From IMG/VR virus record IMGVR_UViG_3300024272_005753: a stretch of DNA of 64,000 nt. The stretch is one strand, 5' to 3'. This stretch comes from an uncultured virus (IMG/VR IMGVR_UViG_3300024272_005753) (taxonomy: Duplodnaviria; Heunggongvirae; Uroviricota; Caudoviricetes). The translations under genes and the position numbers were made by a program. A model generated the notes under the pieces. It was not told where the DNA came from. It worked only from the letters and a program-made list of their open reading frames with translations, and made no database searches. Positions 20,053 to 29,861 of the stretch are shown piece after piece; the stretch's first letter is position 1, and each line of letters begins with the position of its first letter.

Positions 20053-21132
20053 TTATTTTATTCTAATATGGCCGCCACGCTTATTTAACATAATTAGTGA
20101 TGCGACAACGAAAATTATACAAATAGGTACAATTGTTAGGATAAGAAGCGTTGATGTATTTATTTTTGAAAATTCGATATTTATTTCAGCATTTCCTGTT
20201 ACATCATATGTGAAAATATCTCCTGTATACATAGAAACGGAATCGGTTGCTTCTTCAGGCATTATTATTTTTAAAATAACATTATCTATTGATTCTGATT
20301 CTACAAATTTACCAGTAACCGTCATTGATTTTGTTAATGACTTTTGGGAATCAATTTGAAGATTTCCTATTACATTAAAATATCTTCCAAGATTTAGATT
20401 AAACAGATTGTTGAATCCTCCTAAATCGGAATAAGATTCTTCGATTACTATATTATCACTACTTTGGCTTACGACATTAAAGCCTTCTTTTGCATAAGCT
20501 TCAGCGGACATATCTTTCATTCTACCGCTAGAGGTTTTAATAGCATATGTAACATGCACTGTTTTATAATTGTTTTGAGGTTCAATTCTAATTTCTAAAG
20601 AATCTGCGGTGGTTGTTCCATATTCTAAAGAGAGGGGGATATCTGAAGGGGTTATTTGTGCCTCAGAAACATATTCGCTATTGTTATAGGAAAATGTACC
20701 ATCCATAAATATATTTATATTTTTATCAAAATTTTCACCCGTTAAATAAATAGAAGTTCTTCCTCCGAAAGGATATCCATAAAACGAAGACTCAAGGTTT
20801 ATATTTTTACTTTTCAATTCATTAGCTATTTCAGGATGATATTGTTCTAAAGCTTGAATTAATACATCAAAATCTTCTTTGAATTCTTCTTGAATATTTG
20901 CATTAGAAACAGTTATTCTTAATAGAATATTATCGTCCGATTCCATAATTTTAATTTCATCAGATAGACTATTTAAAAAATTTTTACTTAGGTCTCCTTT
21001 TTTAAAAATAATGTCTATTTCAGTTGTTTGAACATTTTTTATATTTACATTTACCTCTTCATAGGCATATACTGGAAGTGATAAGGTAAATAGCATTAAA
21101 CATATTGTTAAAAGGGAAAATAGTTTCTTCAT
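20053..21132 (-). CDS. Secreted protein with C-terminal membrane anchor
   Basis: Signal peptide ending VYA; C-terminal TM helix and basic tail. Confidence 0.7.
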   Translation of the reverse strand: MKKLFSLLTICLMLFTLSLPVYAYEEVNVNIKNVQTTEIDIIFKKGDLSKNFLNSLSDEIKIMESDDNILLRITVSNANIQEEFKEDFDVLIQALEQYHPEIANELKSKNINLESSFYGYPFGGRTSIYLTGENFDKNINIFMDGTFSYNNSEYVSEAQITPSDIPLSLEYGTTTADSLEIRIEPQNNYKTVHVTYAIKTSSGRMKDMSAEAYAKEGFNVVSQSSDNIVIEESYSDLGGFNNLFNLNLGRYFNVIGNLQIDSQKSLTKSMTVTGKFVESESIDNVILKIIMPEEATDSVSMYTGDIFTYDVTGNAEINIEFSKINTSTLLILTIVPICIIFVVASLIMLNKRGGHIRIK

Positions 21133-21276
21133 TGAAAATTCCTCCTTAATTCTAAACTAAAATCATTTTATATATTATATTTTAGTAGTATCGGTTATAT
21201 TGTTATTTTTTGTTTTAATTATTTTTGTAAATTAATATAATAAAACAAAAATATCCTTTAAGTTAGGAGTGGTCAA

Positions 21277-22119
21277 ATGTCCTCAAAAGAAGTCGTACTC
21301 GTTCAACGCATAACAAAAAAACAAAATAAAGTAGATTTTGCAGTAATTGAAAATAGTATTCTTGGGAAAAAGAACAAAATAACACTAACCAGGAATGATA
21401 TGAAAATTCGTGCATCTAAAATTATTTTTAATGGTTTGCATGGATATGGGTTAGATTTTTATGGGCACACAATACTTAAAGAAGCAGGTGTTCCGTCCAA
21501 AATAATTATGGAAAAGATTGATGATGGGACTATTTTGGTTTTTATAAGCTATAGCACTGCAGATTCAAATATAAACGAATTAATTGCAGAATCTATCAAT
21601 ACTCGTTGTTTGGGCATTGATATGGGGAAAAAGAACACTTTTGCAATCGTTAATAATTTTAATAGAGACCCTATTTTGATAAAGGGTACAATGATGGCTA
21701 AGCTATATAACGAAGAGCCTGAAAAATTTTTAGAATATTTAAAAAATGCTATGAGATTTTTACAAGAATACATAGTAAAAAACAACGTAAAAGTTATCTA
21801 CATAGGAGATATGTATAAATATAAACCATATGACATAATCTTGAATCATGTTAAACGATTAAAATGTGTTAAAATCGTTGTTGTAGATGAAGCAAATACT
21901 TCTAAAGCTAGTTTCTTGGATAAAGATATTCTTTGTGCAGAAGGAGATTTTTCTGGGAAGAGATTGACCAGGAGTCAATATGTTTCAAAAGATGGCACAA
22001 TCTTTTCTGCAGATATTAATGCAGCATATAATATTTTGGTAAAAGGAAATCCTTTCGCTTTATATGATGTGCATAACCCAAAACTAAAAACGGTTGATTA
22101 TCAAATTAATGAATTATAA
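21277..22119 (+). CDS. Miniature TnpB-derived RuvC-fold protein
   Basis: LGIDMG (RuvC-I), VIYIG, VDEANTSKASFLD and FSGKRLTRSQY...SADINAAYNIL (RuvC-III) match IS200/IS605 TnpB motifs; only 280 aa. Confidence 0.75.
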   Translation: MSSKEVVLVQRITKKQNKVDFAVIENSILGKKNKITLTRNDMKIRASKIIFNGLHGYGLDFYGHTILKEAGVPSKIIMEKIDDGTILVFISYSTADSNINELIAESINTRCLGIDMGKKNTFAIVNNFNRDPILIKGTMMAKLYNEEPEKFLEYLKNAMRFLQEYIVKNNVKVIYIGDMYKYKPYDIILNHVKRLKCVKIVVVDEANTSKASFLDKDILCAEGDFSGKRLTRSQYVSKDGTIFSADINAAYNILVKGNPFALYDVHNPKLKTVDYQINEL

Positions 22120-22121
22120 CA

Positions 22122-22156
22122 AAAAAAAGACTCTGATTTAAAATCAGAGTCTTTTT
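22122..22156. terminator. Bidirectional intrinsic terminator
   Basis: AAAAAAGACTCTGATTT/AAATCAGAGTCTTTTTT immediately after the TnpB-like stop codon. Confidence 0.85.
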
Positions 22157-24546
22157 TATAACATAAGTTTTTGTTTTATTTGTGATTTTTTACTAGTAGT
22201 TTCTTCTTTATTTATTGCTTCTTTTACTGCTATATCTGTACCTACGAATAGAAACTGAATTTTTGCTCTAGTAAGTGCAGTATACATTAAATTTCTGTTG
22301 TTTATAATTGCATGATTAGACGTAACTGGCATAACTACGTAATCAAACTCTGAACCTTGCGATTTGTGAACGGTTATTGCATATGCCAGATTAATCTCGT
22401 TGATATTCTCTGATTTGTACTCTGCCAGATTACCATCATAATCAACAACTACTGTTCTTTGTATATTGTTTATTTCAGAGATGATTCCAATAGAACCGTT
22501 AAAAACATTTATGTCATAGTTATTTACTGTCTGGATTACCTTATCTCCTACTCTAAATAATTTAGTAGGGCTTATAAGTATTTCGTTCTTTGTTGGGCTT
22601 GGGGGGTTGATAATATCCTGCAACTTTTTATTAAGTCCTAAAGTTCCAAGCAATCCATCATTCATAGGAGTAATAATTTGGAATTCTAGAATTGGGACGT
22701 GCTTATCCATTATCTTTTGAGTTGCGGAAATAATTTCGTCCAAAATTTCAATATTATTTTTCTTTGACTTATATTTGAAATACTTTCGGTTTGGGCGATT
22801 AAATATTTCATCTGGTGTGTTATTAAGAATATATTTACTAACATCAATAATGTCACTATCTTTGCCCTGTCTAAAGACTTTTTTCAGTTGGACCGTTGGA
22901 ACTTTTCCAGAATCAATAATGTCTCTAAGGATAAGTCCTGGGCCTACAGATGGTAACTGATTATAATCTCCAACAAGAAGAATATTTGTCATGTCTGATA
23001 CATTCTTTAATAGCTTGTAAAACAAATCGATATCAATCATTGATGTTTCATCAATAATTAACAAATCACAATCTATTTCTTCTAGGTCGCTACTTGCACC
23101 GCTATCAAAAGGCATATAATTTAGTTTTTTATGAATAGTCTCTGCAGGACGGCCGATTACCTCGCTCATTCTTCTGCTGGCTTTTCCCGTAGGAGCACAT
23201 AGCTGAATATTTGCTGTTGGGTTGGCGTTTAAAAGAGTTTCTACAATGATTTTTATTGTTTGTGTTTTTCCTGTCCCTGGGCCACCAGTAAGAACACTTA
23301 ACCTACTTCTAAGAGCCATTTTAACAGCTTCTATTTGTAAAACATCTAGCTTTATACCTTTTTTTTCAACTGTTGAAAGGTATCTATCTATGTCGGACAC
23401 AGATGTAAAGTGGGAACCTACTACCGAATTTATTGTTAATAATTTGGAGACAATGAAATCTTCCATTATTTTGTAATAATATTTGTAAACACATTCTTTG
23501 GATGGCTCATCAATATTTGCTTCCGTAGTTATGATATTAGATAGTTCCAAATCCATTAATGCGGTTTCGACATCCTTATTCAAAATTGGTTCTTCATATA
23601 AACCAATTTTTTTGATGATTCTATTTATCGGGGACTTTCTATTGGGGTCTTTTCCGATAAATTCATTCTTATCTACATATATATCTCCATCTTGGGATGT
23701 TTTGCTTTGTATGTAATATAAAATACATGCTTTTACTCTGTCTTGGTTGTTATGTGGTAATCCTTCTTTTATTGCCATTTTATCAATAGTTGCCAAATCT
23801 ATGTCTCCAAAGGATAGCAAGCAATACGGATTTTTCTTTATTTGAATAAATGCTAATTTTTGATATTTTTCCAATATTTTAACCGCTATATAACTAGAAA
23901 TATTAAATTCTATTAAGTACTTAAAGGCTTGTTCTTGTTCAAAATTAGTTAAAAAAGCGTTTTGAATATCGCCTAACTTTGTAGAGCTTTTAATGATTCT
24001 TGTAAGGCCAATATCCATTTTTTTTATTGCATCAATTGCTTTAATATCATAGATTTCAATTATTCTCTTTAAGGTCTTATCAGAAACTCGTTTTCCCTTT
24101 AAAATATATTTCATAAAATTATATGTAGAAACAACTGAGCTATTTAGAACTTCAGTATGTTCTGTTAAGACAAATGTTTCTTGGTGCATATAATTGTCTT
24201 TCCAATATCCAAAAGCTTCGAATTCAGCATCTGGGTAAACATTAAAAAACAATCCTTCAACTACAACATTTTTAATATGGGGGATTTCTTCTCCATGCTG
24301 ATATTCAATAATATTTACGGATAGAAAACAATAATTGTTTAGTTCATTTCTGGAAATAATTTTCTTTACAGAAAATTTCATATGATACAGTGGATAAATT
24401 GATGTAGCAAAAAAACAATTATCCATATTAAATCCAAAACAAATATAATCTATTCCGTTGATTGGAGTTATTCCATCTAATGATATATTTTTATTTGGGA
24501 ACTTTGTTTTTATCTTTTTATCATTATATATTGCGTAAGATAACAT
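22156..24546 (-). CDS. recD2: SF1B helicase RecD2
   Basis: NPYCL, GGPGTGKT, IIDETSM, VGDYNQLPSVGPG, AYAITVHKSQGSE and YTALTRAK motifs; TTGACT-17-TATAAT promoter at 24576-24604. Confidence 0.9.
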   Translation of the reverse strand: MLSYAIYNDKKIKTKFPNKNISLDGITPINGIDYICFGFNMDNCFFATSIYPLYHMKFSVKKIISRNELNNYCFLSVNIIEYQHGEEIPHIKNVVVEGLFFNVYPDAEFEAFGYWKDNYMHQETFVLTEHTEVLNSSVVSTYNFMKYILKGKRVSDKTLKRIIEIYDIKAIDAIKKMDIGLTRIIKSSTKLGDIQNAFLTNFEQEQAFKYLIEFNISSYIAVKILEKYQKLAFIQIKKNPYCLLSFGDIDLATIDKMAIKEGLPHNNQDRVKACILYYIQSKTSQDGDIYVDKNEFIGKDPNRKSPINRIIKKIGLYEEPILNKDVETALMDLELSNIITTEANIDEPSKECVYKYYYKIMEDFIVSKLLTINSVVGSHFTSVSDIDRYLSTVEKKGIKLDVLQIEAVKMALRSRLSVLTGGPGTGKTQTIKIIVETLLNANPTANIQLCAPTGKASRRMSEVIGRPAETIHKKLNYMPFDSGASSDLEEIDCDLLIIDETSMIDIDLFYKLLKNVSDMTNILLVGDYNQLPSVGPGLILRDIIDSGKVPTVQLKKVFRQGKDSDIIDVSKYILNNTPDEIFNRPNRKYFKYKSKKNNIEILDEIISATQKIMDKHVPILEFQIITPMNDGLLGTLGLNKKLQDIINPPSPTKNEILISPTKLFRVGDKVIQTVNNYDINVFNGSIGIISEINNIQRTVVVDYDGNLAEYKSENINEINLAYAITVHKSQGSEFDYVVMPVTSNHAIINNRNLMYTALTRAKIQFLFVGTDIAVKEAINKEETTSKKSQIKQKLML

Positions 24547-24646
24547 AGTCCACCTCATTTATTATTTGTAAGTTTATTATAACACCCACCTAACAAAAAG
24601 TCAACGATAAAACCTTCGGATTTTTAAAAATCCGAAGGTTTGTTTT

Positions 24647-25165
24647 TTAGTTACTAATATCTGTGTATTCTTCTTGTACTTTTTGTGCAATGTCTTTAGC
24701 TTCTTCTTCGCTTACTTTTAGTTGTTCCTGAATTTCTGCGACCAACTCATTAAAATCGATATCTTTTAAACCAGCTTCATAAATGTTGGTAGCTAAAGTT
24801 TTTGCAAATTTATCTATATCTACTTTTCCAAGTCCTTCAACGACAATATAATAACCTTTTTCAATCGATTCAGTCATTTTGTCATATACCTTATCCGCAT
24901 CTACTATGCCATATTCTTCTCTCTTTTTCTCAAAATCGTCGAAGAAGTCAGATATCTTTTGAGCAGTATCTTGGTCTACATATTCATTTATTTGTAAATT
25001 GTTCATAACATCTGTTCCGTCATATTTAAATCCTATATTAAAGATTAACAAGATTGCTGCTAGGCAAACAGCTATTGTTATCGCTTTTTTTATTAAAAAT
25101 ATAACTATGGAAACGATAATTATTACATATAAGATTGTTTGAATAAGTTCAGGAGATATATTCAT
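24647..25165 (-). CDS. Membrane-anchored hypothetical protein
   Basis: Two N-terminal hydrophobic helices followed by an acidic helical domain; RBS GAGGAG. Confidence 0.65.
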   Translation of the reverse strand: MNISPELIQTILYVIIIVSIVIFLIKKAITIAVCLAAILLIFNIGFKYDGTDVMNNLQINEYVDQDTAQKISDFFDDFEKKREEYGIVDADKVYDKMTESIEKGYYIVVEGLGKVDIDKFAKTLATNIYEAGLKDIDFNELVAEIQEQLKVSEEEAKDIAQKVQEEYTDISN

Positions 25166-25231
25166 GCTTCATCAACTCCTCTTTTAATATTTAATATATA
25201 ATATGCAAAAAGAATGAGAAATAATCATATT

Positions 25232-25513
25232 TCAATCTACTTTTTCTAATATGTATTGAACTCGGCCAATAAAAAGCGCAGCTCCCATAGACTGATATCT
25301 CCAATCTCTTTCATCTAATATTATTTGGACTTTTACGCCGTTTTCATAATAATTCCCATGTGAATAAATATGAAGTATTTTTCCTAACACTAATTTATTA
25401 ATATCTCTAGTGCCTTGGTCTTCTTTTTGTATAATATAAACAGTATCTCCAATCATTAATTGCGAGGGGATTTTAGAATCTTCTGGTCTATCTATAAAGT
25501 GATTTATTGGCAT
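25232..25513 (-). CDS. YwbE/DUF2196 family protein
   Basis: GDTVYIIQKEDQGT...GVKV...IGRVQYI. Confidence 0.7.
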   Translation of the reverse strand: MPINHFIDRPEDSKIPSQLMIGDTVYIIQKEDQGTRDINKLVLGKILHIYSHGNYYENGVKVQIILDERDWRYQSMGAALFIGRVQYILEKVD

Positions 25514-25572
25514 ATTGGCAACCTCCTCATTTTAGAAAAAAGGCTTGAGCGCTAAAACTCAAGCCTTGATTT

Positions 25573-26502
25573 TTAACCGATTAATGCTTCTAATTCCTGA
25601 TTCCACTTATTTGCCTGTTCAACAGTAACAGGCTTTCCTTCTTCGGATAGTTTAATAATTTCTTTTAGGATGTTTGTCACAGGGGTTTCAGGATACTTTT
25701 CAACAAATGTTTTGTAAGAGTTGATAGTTGTTTCGTCTGGGGTATATTCGCCAGATATATTGTAAGTACCTGCATACATCTTAGATGCTAAAATATAGCT
25801 ATTAATAACATCCGAAATGATAGGATAGCTACTATGATTTACAATAAAATCGTTTGCTTGAATAATGTAATTAGCTGTTTTTTCTCTGTCGTAAGAACCA
25901 GTGACCCCAGATAATTCACCTCTTTGAACAACTTCTTTGAACTGGATATAATCTCTAGTTGCATCGTTAAAAATATCTCCATATCTTTCAGTTAAAGAAT
26001 CATAATTTACAATTACGTATGGTCTTTCATTGGTAATGCCCTTTGGGACCATAATTCTCATATCGGAATTATAAATTTCTTGTACAACCGTTTTTAAAAC
26101 TTGGTCGTTAATTTTGTTTACGGCAGAAGCTTCTTCATAATTTATCGTATCTGAATTATTTTCTATAATACTTGCATACAGAGTGATGAAATCAGAATAT
26201 ACGGACATGTAATACTGAATATGATTTATATAAAATGCAATCATATTATTTTTTACATCATTATCGATATCATCTTCTAATATTTTTTCCATTACATATC
26301 TTACTTGTGTAGGAGTTGTTTCTGCGTTTAAGATTCCTTGATAATAATTCAGTTTTTCACTTGATGACATCTCGTCTAAACCTTTAAAAACTACTTCATA
26401 TGGAGAATATTCTTCAGCTTTTTTTTCTCCAAGAAAATAGCCTCCCGCAAAACCACCTACAAGCATTACAAGTGCTAATAGAATAGCTGTTATTTTTCTC
26501 AT
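25573..26502 (-). CDS. Membrane-anchored helical hypothetical protein
   Basis: N-terminal anchor; RBS AAGGAGG. Confidence 0.65.
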   Translation of the reverse strand: MRKITAILLALVMLVGGFAGGYFLGEKKAEEYSPYEVVFKGLDEMSSSEKLNYYQGILNAETTPTQVRYVMEKILEDDIDNDVKNNMIAFYINHIQYYMSVYSDFITLYASIIENNSDTINYEEASAVNKINDQVLKTVVQEIYNSDMRIMVPKGITNERPYVIVNYDSLTERYGDIFNDATRDYIQFKEVVQRGELSGVTGSYDREKTANYIIQANDFIVNHSSYPIISDVINSYILASKMYAGTYNISGEYTPDETTINSYKTFVEKYPETPVTNILKEIIKLSEEGKPVTVEQANKWNQELEALIG

Positions 26503-26514
26503 ATATAATCCTCC

Positions 26515-26757
26515 TTAAAAAATAAATGCTAAGCCAAGAATTGTTATAAATATATAAAAGAAAATCCCCATAACCAAACCCATAGAATTTTCTCTTAGTT
26601 TAAATGCAAATAAAATTCTGCCAATTAAACCACCTACTGGGCATAAAAAATCGGTAAGTAATTGTGCTCGGTAAGAGACGGTCTTGTCAGAATAATCTAT
26701 ATACTTATAAAAGCCTATTAAATTTACTAACAACAATGTTAATATATAATATCTCAT
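26515..26757 (-). CDS. Small membrane protein (DUF1294-like)
   Basis: Three hydrophobic segments; VNLIGF...GGLIG pattern. Confidence 0.45.
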   Translation of the reverse strand: MRYYILTLLLVNLIGFYKYIDYSDKTVSYRAQLLTDFLCPVGGLIGRILFAFKLRENSMGLVMGIFFYIFITILGLAFIF

Positions 26758-26893
26758 CTAATTTCCACCTTTCTTAAACTATATATAAGTATATTATATT
26801 TTTCATTGTTTTTCAAGTTTTTTTTGTTTTATAGCAAAAAAGAGAAGTTGGATAAGCGTCCAACTTCTCTTTTTTCTATTTTAGAGGCTTATA

Positions 26894-27154
26894 TTACTTA
26901 GTATAAGCTTCCTTAATAGCATCAACAATCTTCGCTCTCAGCTCGGAAGTGATAGGATATGCAGTGTTTCTACGAGTATATGTACCATCTGCATTCTTCT
27001 TAGACTTCTCAGGGTTGAAAACCATAAGAGCGCCATCCTTCTCGACAACGCGGAAACCGTCTACGACGAACTCGCCATCAAGACAAACGCTTGCAAATGC
27101 CTTAAGGCTACCCTTTTCCTCAACCTTGGTTACTCTAGCTTCAGTTACAATCAT
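26894..27154 (-). CDS. spoVG: SpoVG family nucleic-acid-binding protein
   Basis: VTEARV...LKAFASVCLDGEFVVDGFRVV...AYPITSELR; TTGACT-17-TATAAT promoter at 27273-27301. Confidence 0.85.
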   Translation of the reverse strand: MIVTEARVTKVEEKGSLKAFASVCLDGEFVVDGFRVVEKDGALMVFNPEKSKKNADGTYTRRNTAYPITSELRAKIVDAIKEAYTK

Positions 27155-27402
27155 CTTAATTGCCTCCTTAAAAATAATTAACAAAATTTTTTAACCGCAT
27201 CGGTATATACTATATTATTTTGTATAAAAATTTTTTATTCAAAATATATGTGGTAATTCCGATGACGTGTTCATTATAACATATTTTATTTTAAAAGTCA
27301 ATAGGGATAGACCTTCAACAAGAAAAATTTTTATATATTTTGTTCGAGTTATATAATACTATATAAAATACTCGAAAGTATTAAGTTAGGAGGTTATTCA
27401 TA

Positions 27403-29439
27403 ATGTCTGATAACGATAAAAATATGGGTTCTCGTGAAGAGTTTGAAGGCAAAGAAGTGAGAAATACTATGCCTCAGCTAGACGAAGAAGCATATGACAA
27501 AATAAACGAAAAAGGTAGAAATATCAGAAATTTTGATGATAGCGAATACTATGATGCTGAAGAAGAGGAAGAAGCAGCTGTTCCTGATGAAGATAATGAA
27601 ATTATTAATTCTTTATTAGCATTTTCTAAAGAGGCCAAAGAGCCAACAGAAAAAGAAGAAGAAAAGAAATCAAAATTCTCTTTTGGGAAACCTAAAAAAG
27701 AGAGCGAAGAAACTTCTAGCTTAGCTTCAAAACTTTCATTTGGCAAAAAGAAAGAAACTCAACAAGAAAATAGCATTCCTGTTACAGAAGATATTAGTTC
27801 AGATTCTTCTGCTGATGATATTGGTTCTTCTTACGATGAAGAAATTCCATTTGCCAAGCCTGTTAAGGAAAAGAAATCTTTCTTTGGTAAAAAGAATAAG
27901 AAGGAAAAAATTGTAGACGAAAATATTGGGGATATTATCAATGAGGACATTGCTAATGATGAAAATATTGATGATACATATGTAAATACCATCGAGGATA
28001 TTGAAAGAGACATTCGAAGAGCTAAAAAGAAGAATCCTAAAATCGATAAAAAAGTATTTATTATTTTGGGGGTTGTTGTTTTGGCTATTATCGTCGGTGG
28101 GGCCGCGATGATGTTCTTTGGGGGGAACGATGCTCCGCCCGTTGAAACTCCACAAGACCAGCCTGTTATAGAAACTCCGTCTACCAACGACGAATTTACA
28201 AGTAGTGATATTAACAATATTTCTTATAAGCAGGGTGAAATAAAGAGAATTCTTGGTAATAAAGTATTGATTACGCCTGATGGAGAAACGGAAAATACTA
28301 TTTACTATATTGATAATATGCAAGTAATTGAACCGTTTAAAGCTGGTCATCATGTTGAATACGGGTATGTAATTAAAAATTATCTCCCTTACATAACTGA
28401 AATTATAGAAATCAGAGAGGGCACTATTGCATACAAGGGTATCATGACTATAAATATCATGGTAAACGATACACTTGTGAAATTTGCATACGATAATTCT
28501 TTGGCGGAAGATATTAAGGATATATCTACTGGAGATGTAATTCAATATGTTTACGAAGATATCGAAGGGACTCCTACTATTACAAATATTATAAATGTGG
28601 TGAAAGCAAAAATAGAGGAAGATAATAGCGGGAATGTTAATCACAATCCTTCCGATAATCCTATGACAGACGACCTTTATAATGGTTACATTTACGATGC
28701 TAAAGATTTTTATGAAGAACACACAATTATTGATAATAGACAAGAAGAAAGTAGAGAAGCCCTAAAAACAAACATCAAGGATAATACTATTGCTTTTTAT
28801 AACGGAATTAATGGTCCTATTTGGATTAGACATGCTTGGAGAAGCACTGATTTGATGGAAAATGTTCCTAGTATTGATGCCGTAGATGTTATTCTAGAAA
28901 CTCCTAGTGGAGTTCAAATTACAAATGCAAATATTGCTGAATATGGACGTATGTGGTTAGATGGGAGTATTGTTAATTATGCTTTAAAAAATCCTGAAAT
29001 TGGTGAATACAAATTTATTGACAATAAGCCAAATGGAACGTTCTTGGGCGAAGCGAGTATTCATGTAATGGAGCTATCTGGATTTATTACAATTGATAAA
29101 TTCGGAGCTAACTTAATTAATCGTGACACTTTAGAATTAGTTTGGAAAATTACTGGGGTTCCCGATGATGGGTTAGAAATTGAAGTTTATTTAACGAACG
29201 ACAGATTTTCCACTATGGTTTATTCTGGGTCTTCTAAAGAAGAGCCTTTACATATAATTGACAAGAAAACCGTGTCCATCTCTAATTTACCAAAAGGGAA
29301 ATATAATGTGGTGGTAAAGGTTAAAGACATCGACATGAAAACGCAGGCAGATAATCCAGAAATTCCAGAAAATACTATTGTTATCGCTGCCGAAACGATT
29401 TCTGAAACTAAAAATGTAGGCATCTTGATTTTGCAGTAA
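27403..29439 (+). CDS. Large bitopic membrane protein
   Basis: Charged low-complexity N-terminus, one TM helix near aa 218-240, beta-rich C-terminal region. Confidence 0.7.
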   Translation: MSDNDKNMGSREEFEGKEVRNTMPQLDEEAYDKINEKGRNIRNFDDSEYYDAEEEEEAAVPDEDNEIINSLLAFSKEAKEPTEKEEEKKSKFSFGKPKKESEETSSLASKLSFGKKKETQQENSIPVTEDISSDSSADDIGSSYDEEIPFAKPVKEKKSFFGKKNKKEKIVDENIGDIINEDIANDENIDDTYVNTIEDIERDIRRAKKKNPKIDKKVFIILGVVVLAIIVGGAAMMFFGGNDAPPVETPQDQPVIETPSTNDEFTSSDINNISYKQGEIKRILGNKVLITPDGETENTIYYIDNMQVIEPFKAGHHVEYGYVIKNYLPYITEIIEIREGTIAYKGIMTINIMVNDTLVKFAYDNSLAEDIKDISTGDVIQYVYEDIEGTPTITNIINVVKAKIEEDNSGNVNHNPSDNPMTDDLYNGYIYDAKDFYEEHTIIDNRQEESREALKTNIKDNTIAFYNGINGPIWIRHAWRSTDLMENVPSIDAVDVILETPSGVQITNANIAEYGRMWLDGSIVNYALKNPEIGEYKFIDNKPNGTFLGEASIHVMELSGFITIDKFGANLINRDTLELVWKITGVPDDGLEIEVYLTNDRFSTMVYSGSSKEEPLHIIDKKTVSISNLPKGKYNVVVKVKDIDMKTQADNPEIPENTIVIAAETISETKNVGILILQ

Positions 29440-29450
29440 GGGGTTTTATT

Positions 29451-29822
29451 ATGGTAAAAACTTTATTGGATTTAATAATGACAGAGTCTAGTCCATATAT
29501 AGATATTTCTTCTCAATCGTCTTTGTTTGAAACAGAAATAAAGAAAGAAACTGAATCACTGGATGTTGGGATGTTAATAAAGGTTTCTGATTTTGAAACG
29601 GGGAAAGATGATGGCGTATACTTAAGTAAAAAAGAGAAATTAATAATTCATATCGTAAAGAAATCTTTCAAGAGCGATAAAGAAATTGATAAAGAGGACT
29701 TCGAACGACTTTTAGCATATTCTTATATCGTAAGAGCTTTGGCTTATATGCAAAATTCTCCTTTTGATATAATTAGAACTTTTACACAAAAAAGCAATGA
29801 AATTATAAGTAGATATATGTAA
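29451..29822 (+). CDS. Hypothetical protein
   Basis: ORF with RBS, followed by the terminator at 29825-29860. Confidence 0.55.
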   Translation: MVKTLLDLIMTESSPYIDISSQSSLFETEIKKETESLDVGMLIKVSDFETGKDDGVYLSKKEKLIIHIVKKSFKSDKEIDKEDFERLLAYSYIVRALAYMQNSPFDIIRTFTQKSNEIISRYM

Positions 29823-29861
29823 ATAAAAAAATGACTGGCCATCCAGGCCAGTCATTTTTTG

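Noticed and set aside
21277..22119. Active IS200/IS605 transposon or Cas12 effector
   Set aside because: No tnpA, no terminal hairpins, no CRISPR array or cas genes adjacent, and the protein is too short for a standard effector.
27799..28743. 314-aa minus-strand ORF and many similar short overlapping ORFs
   Set aside because: They lie antisense to well-supported genes and have the Ile/Phe/Asn-rich composition typical of shadow frames.
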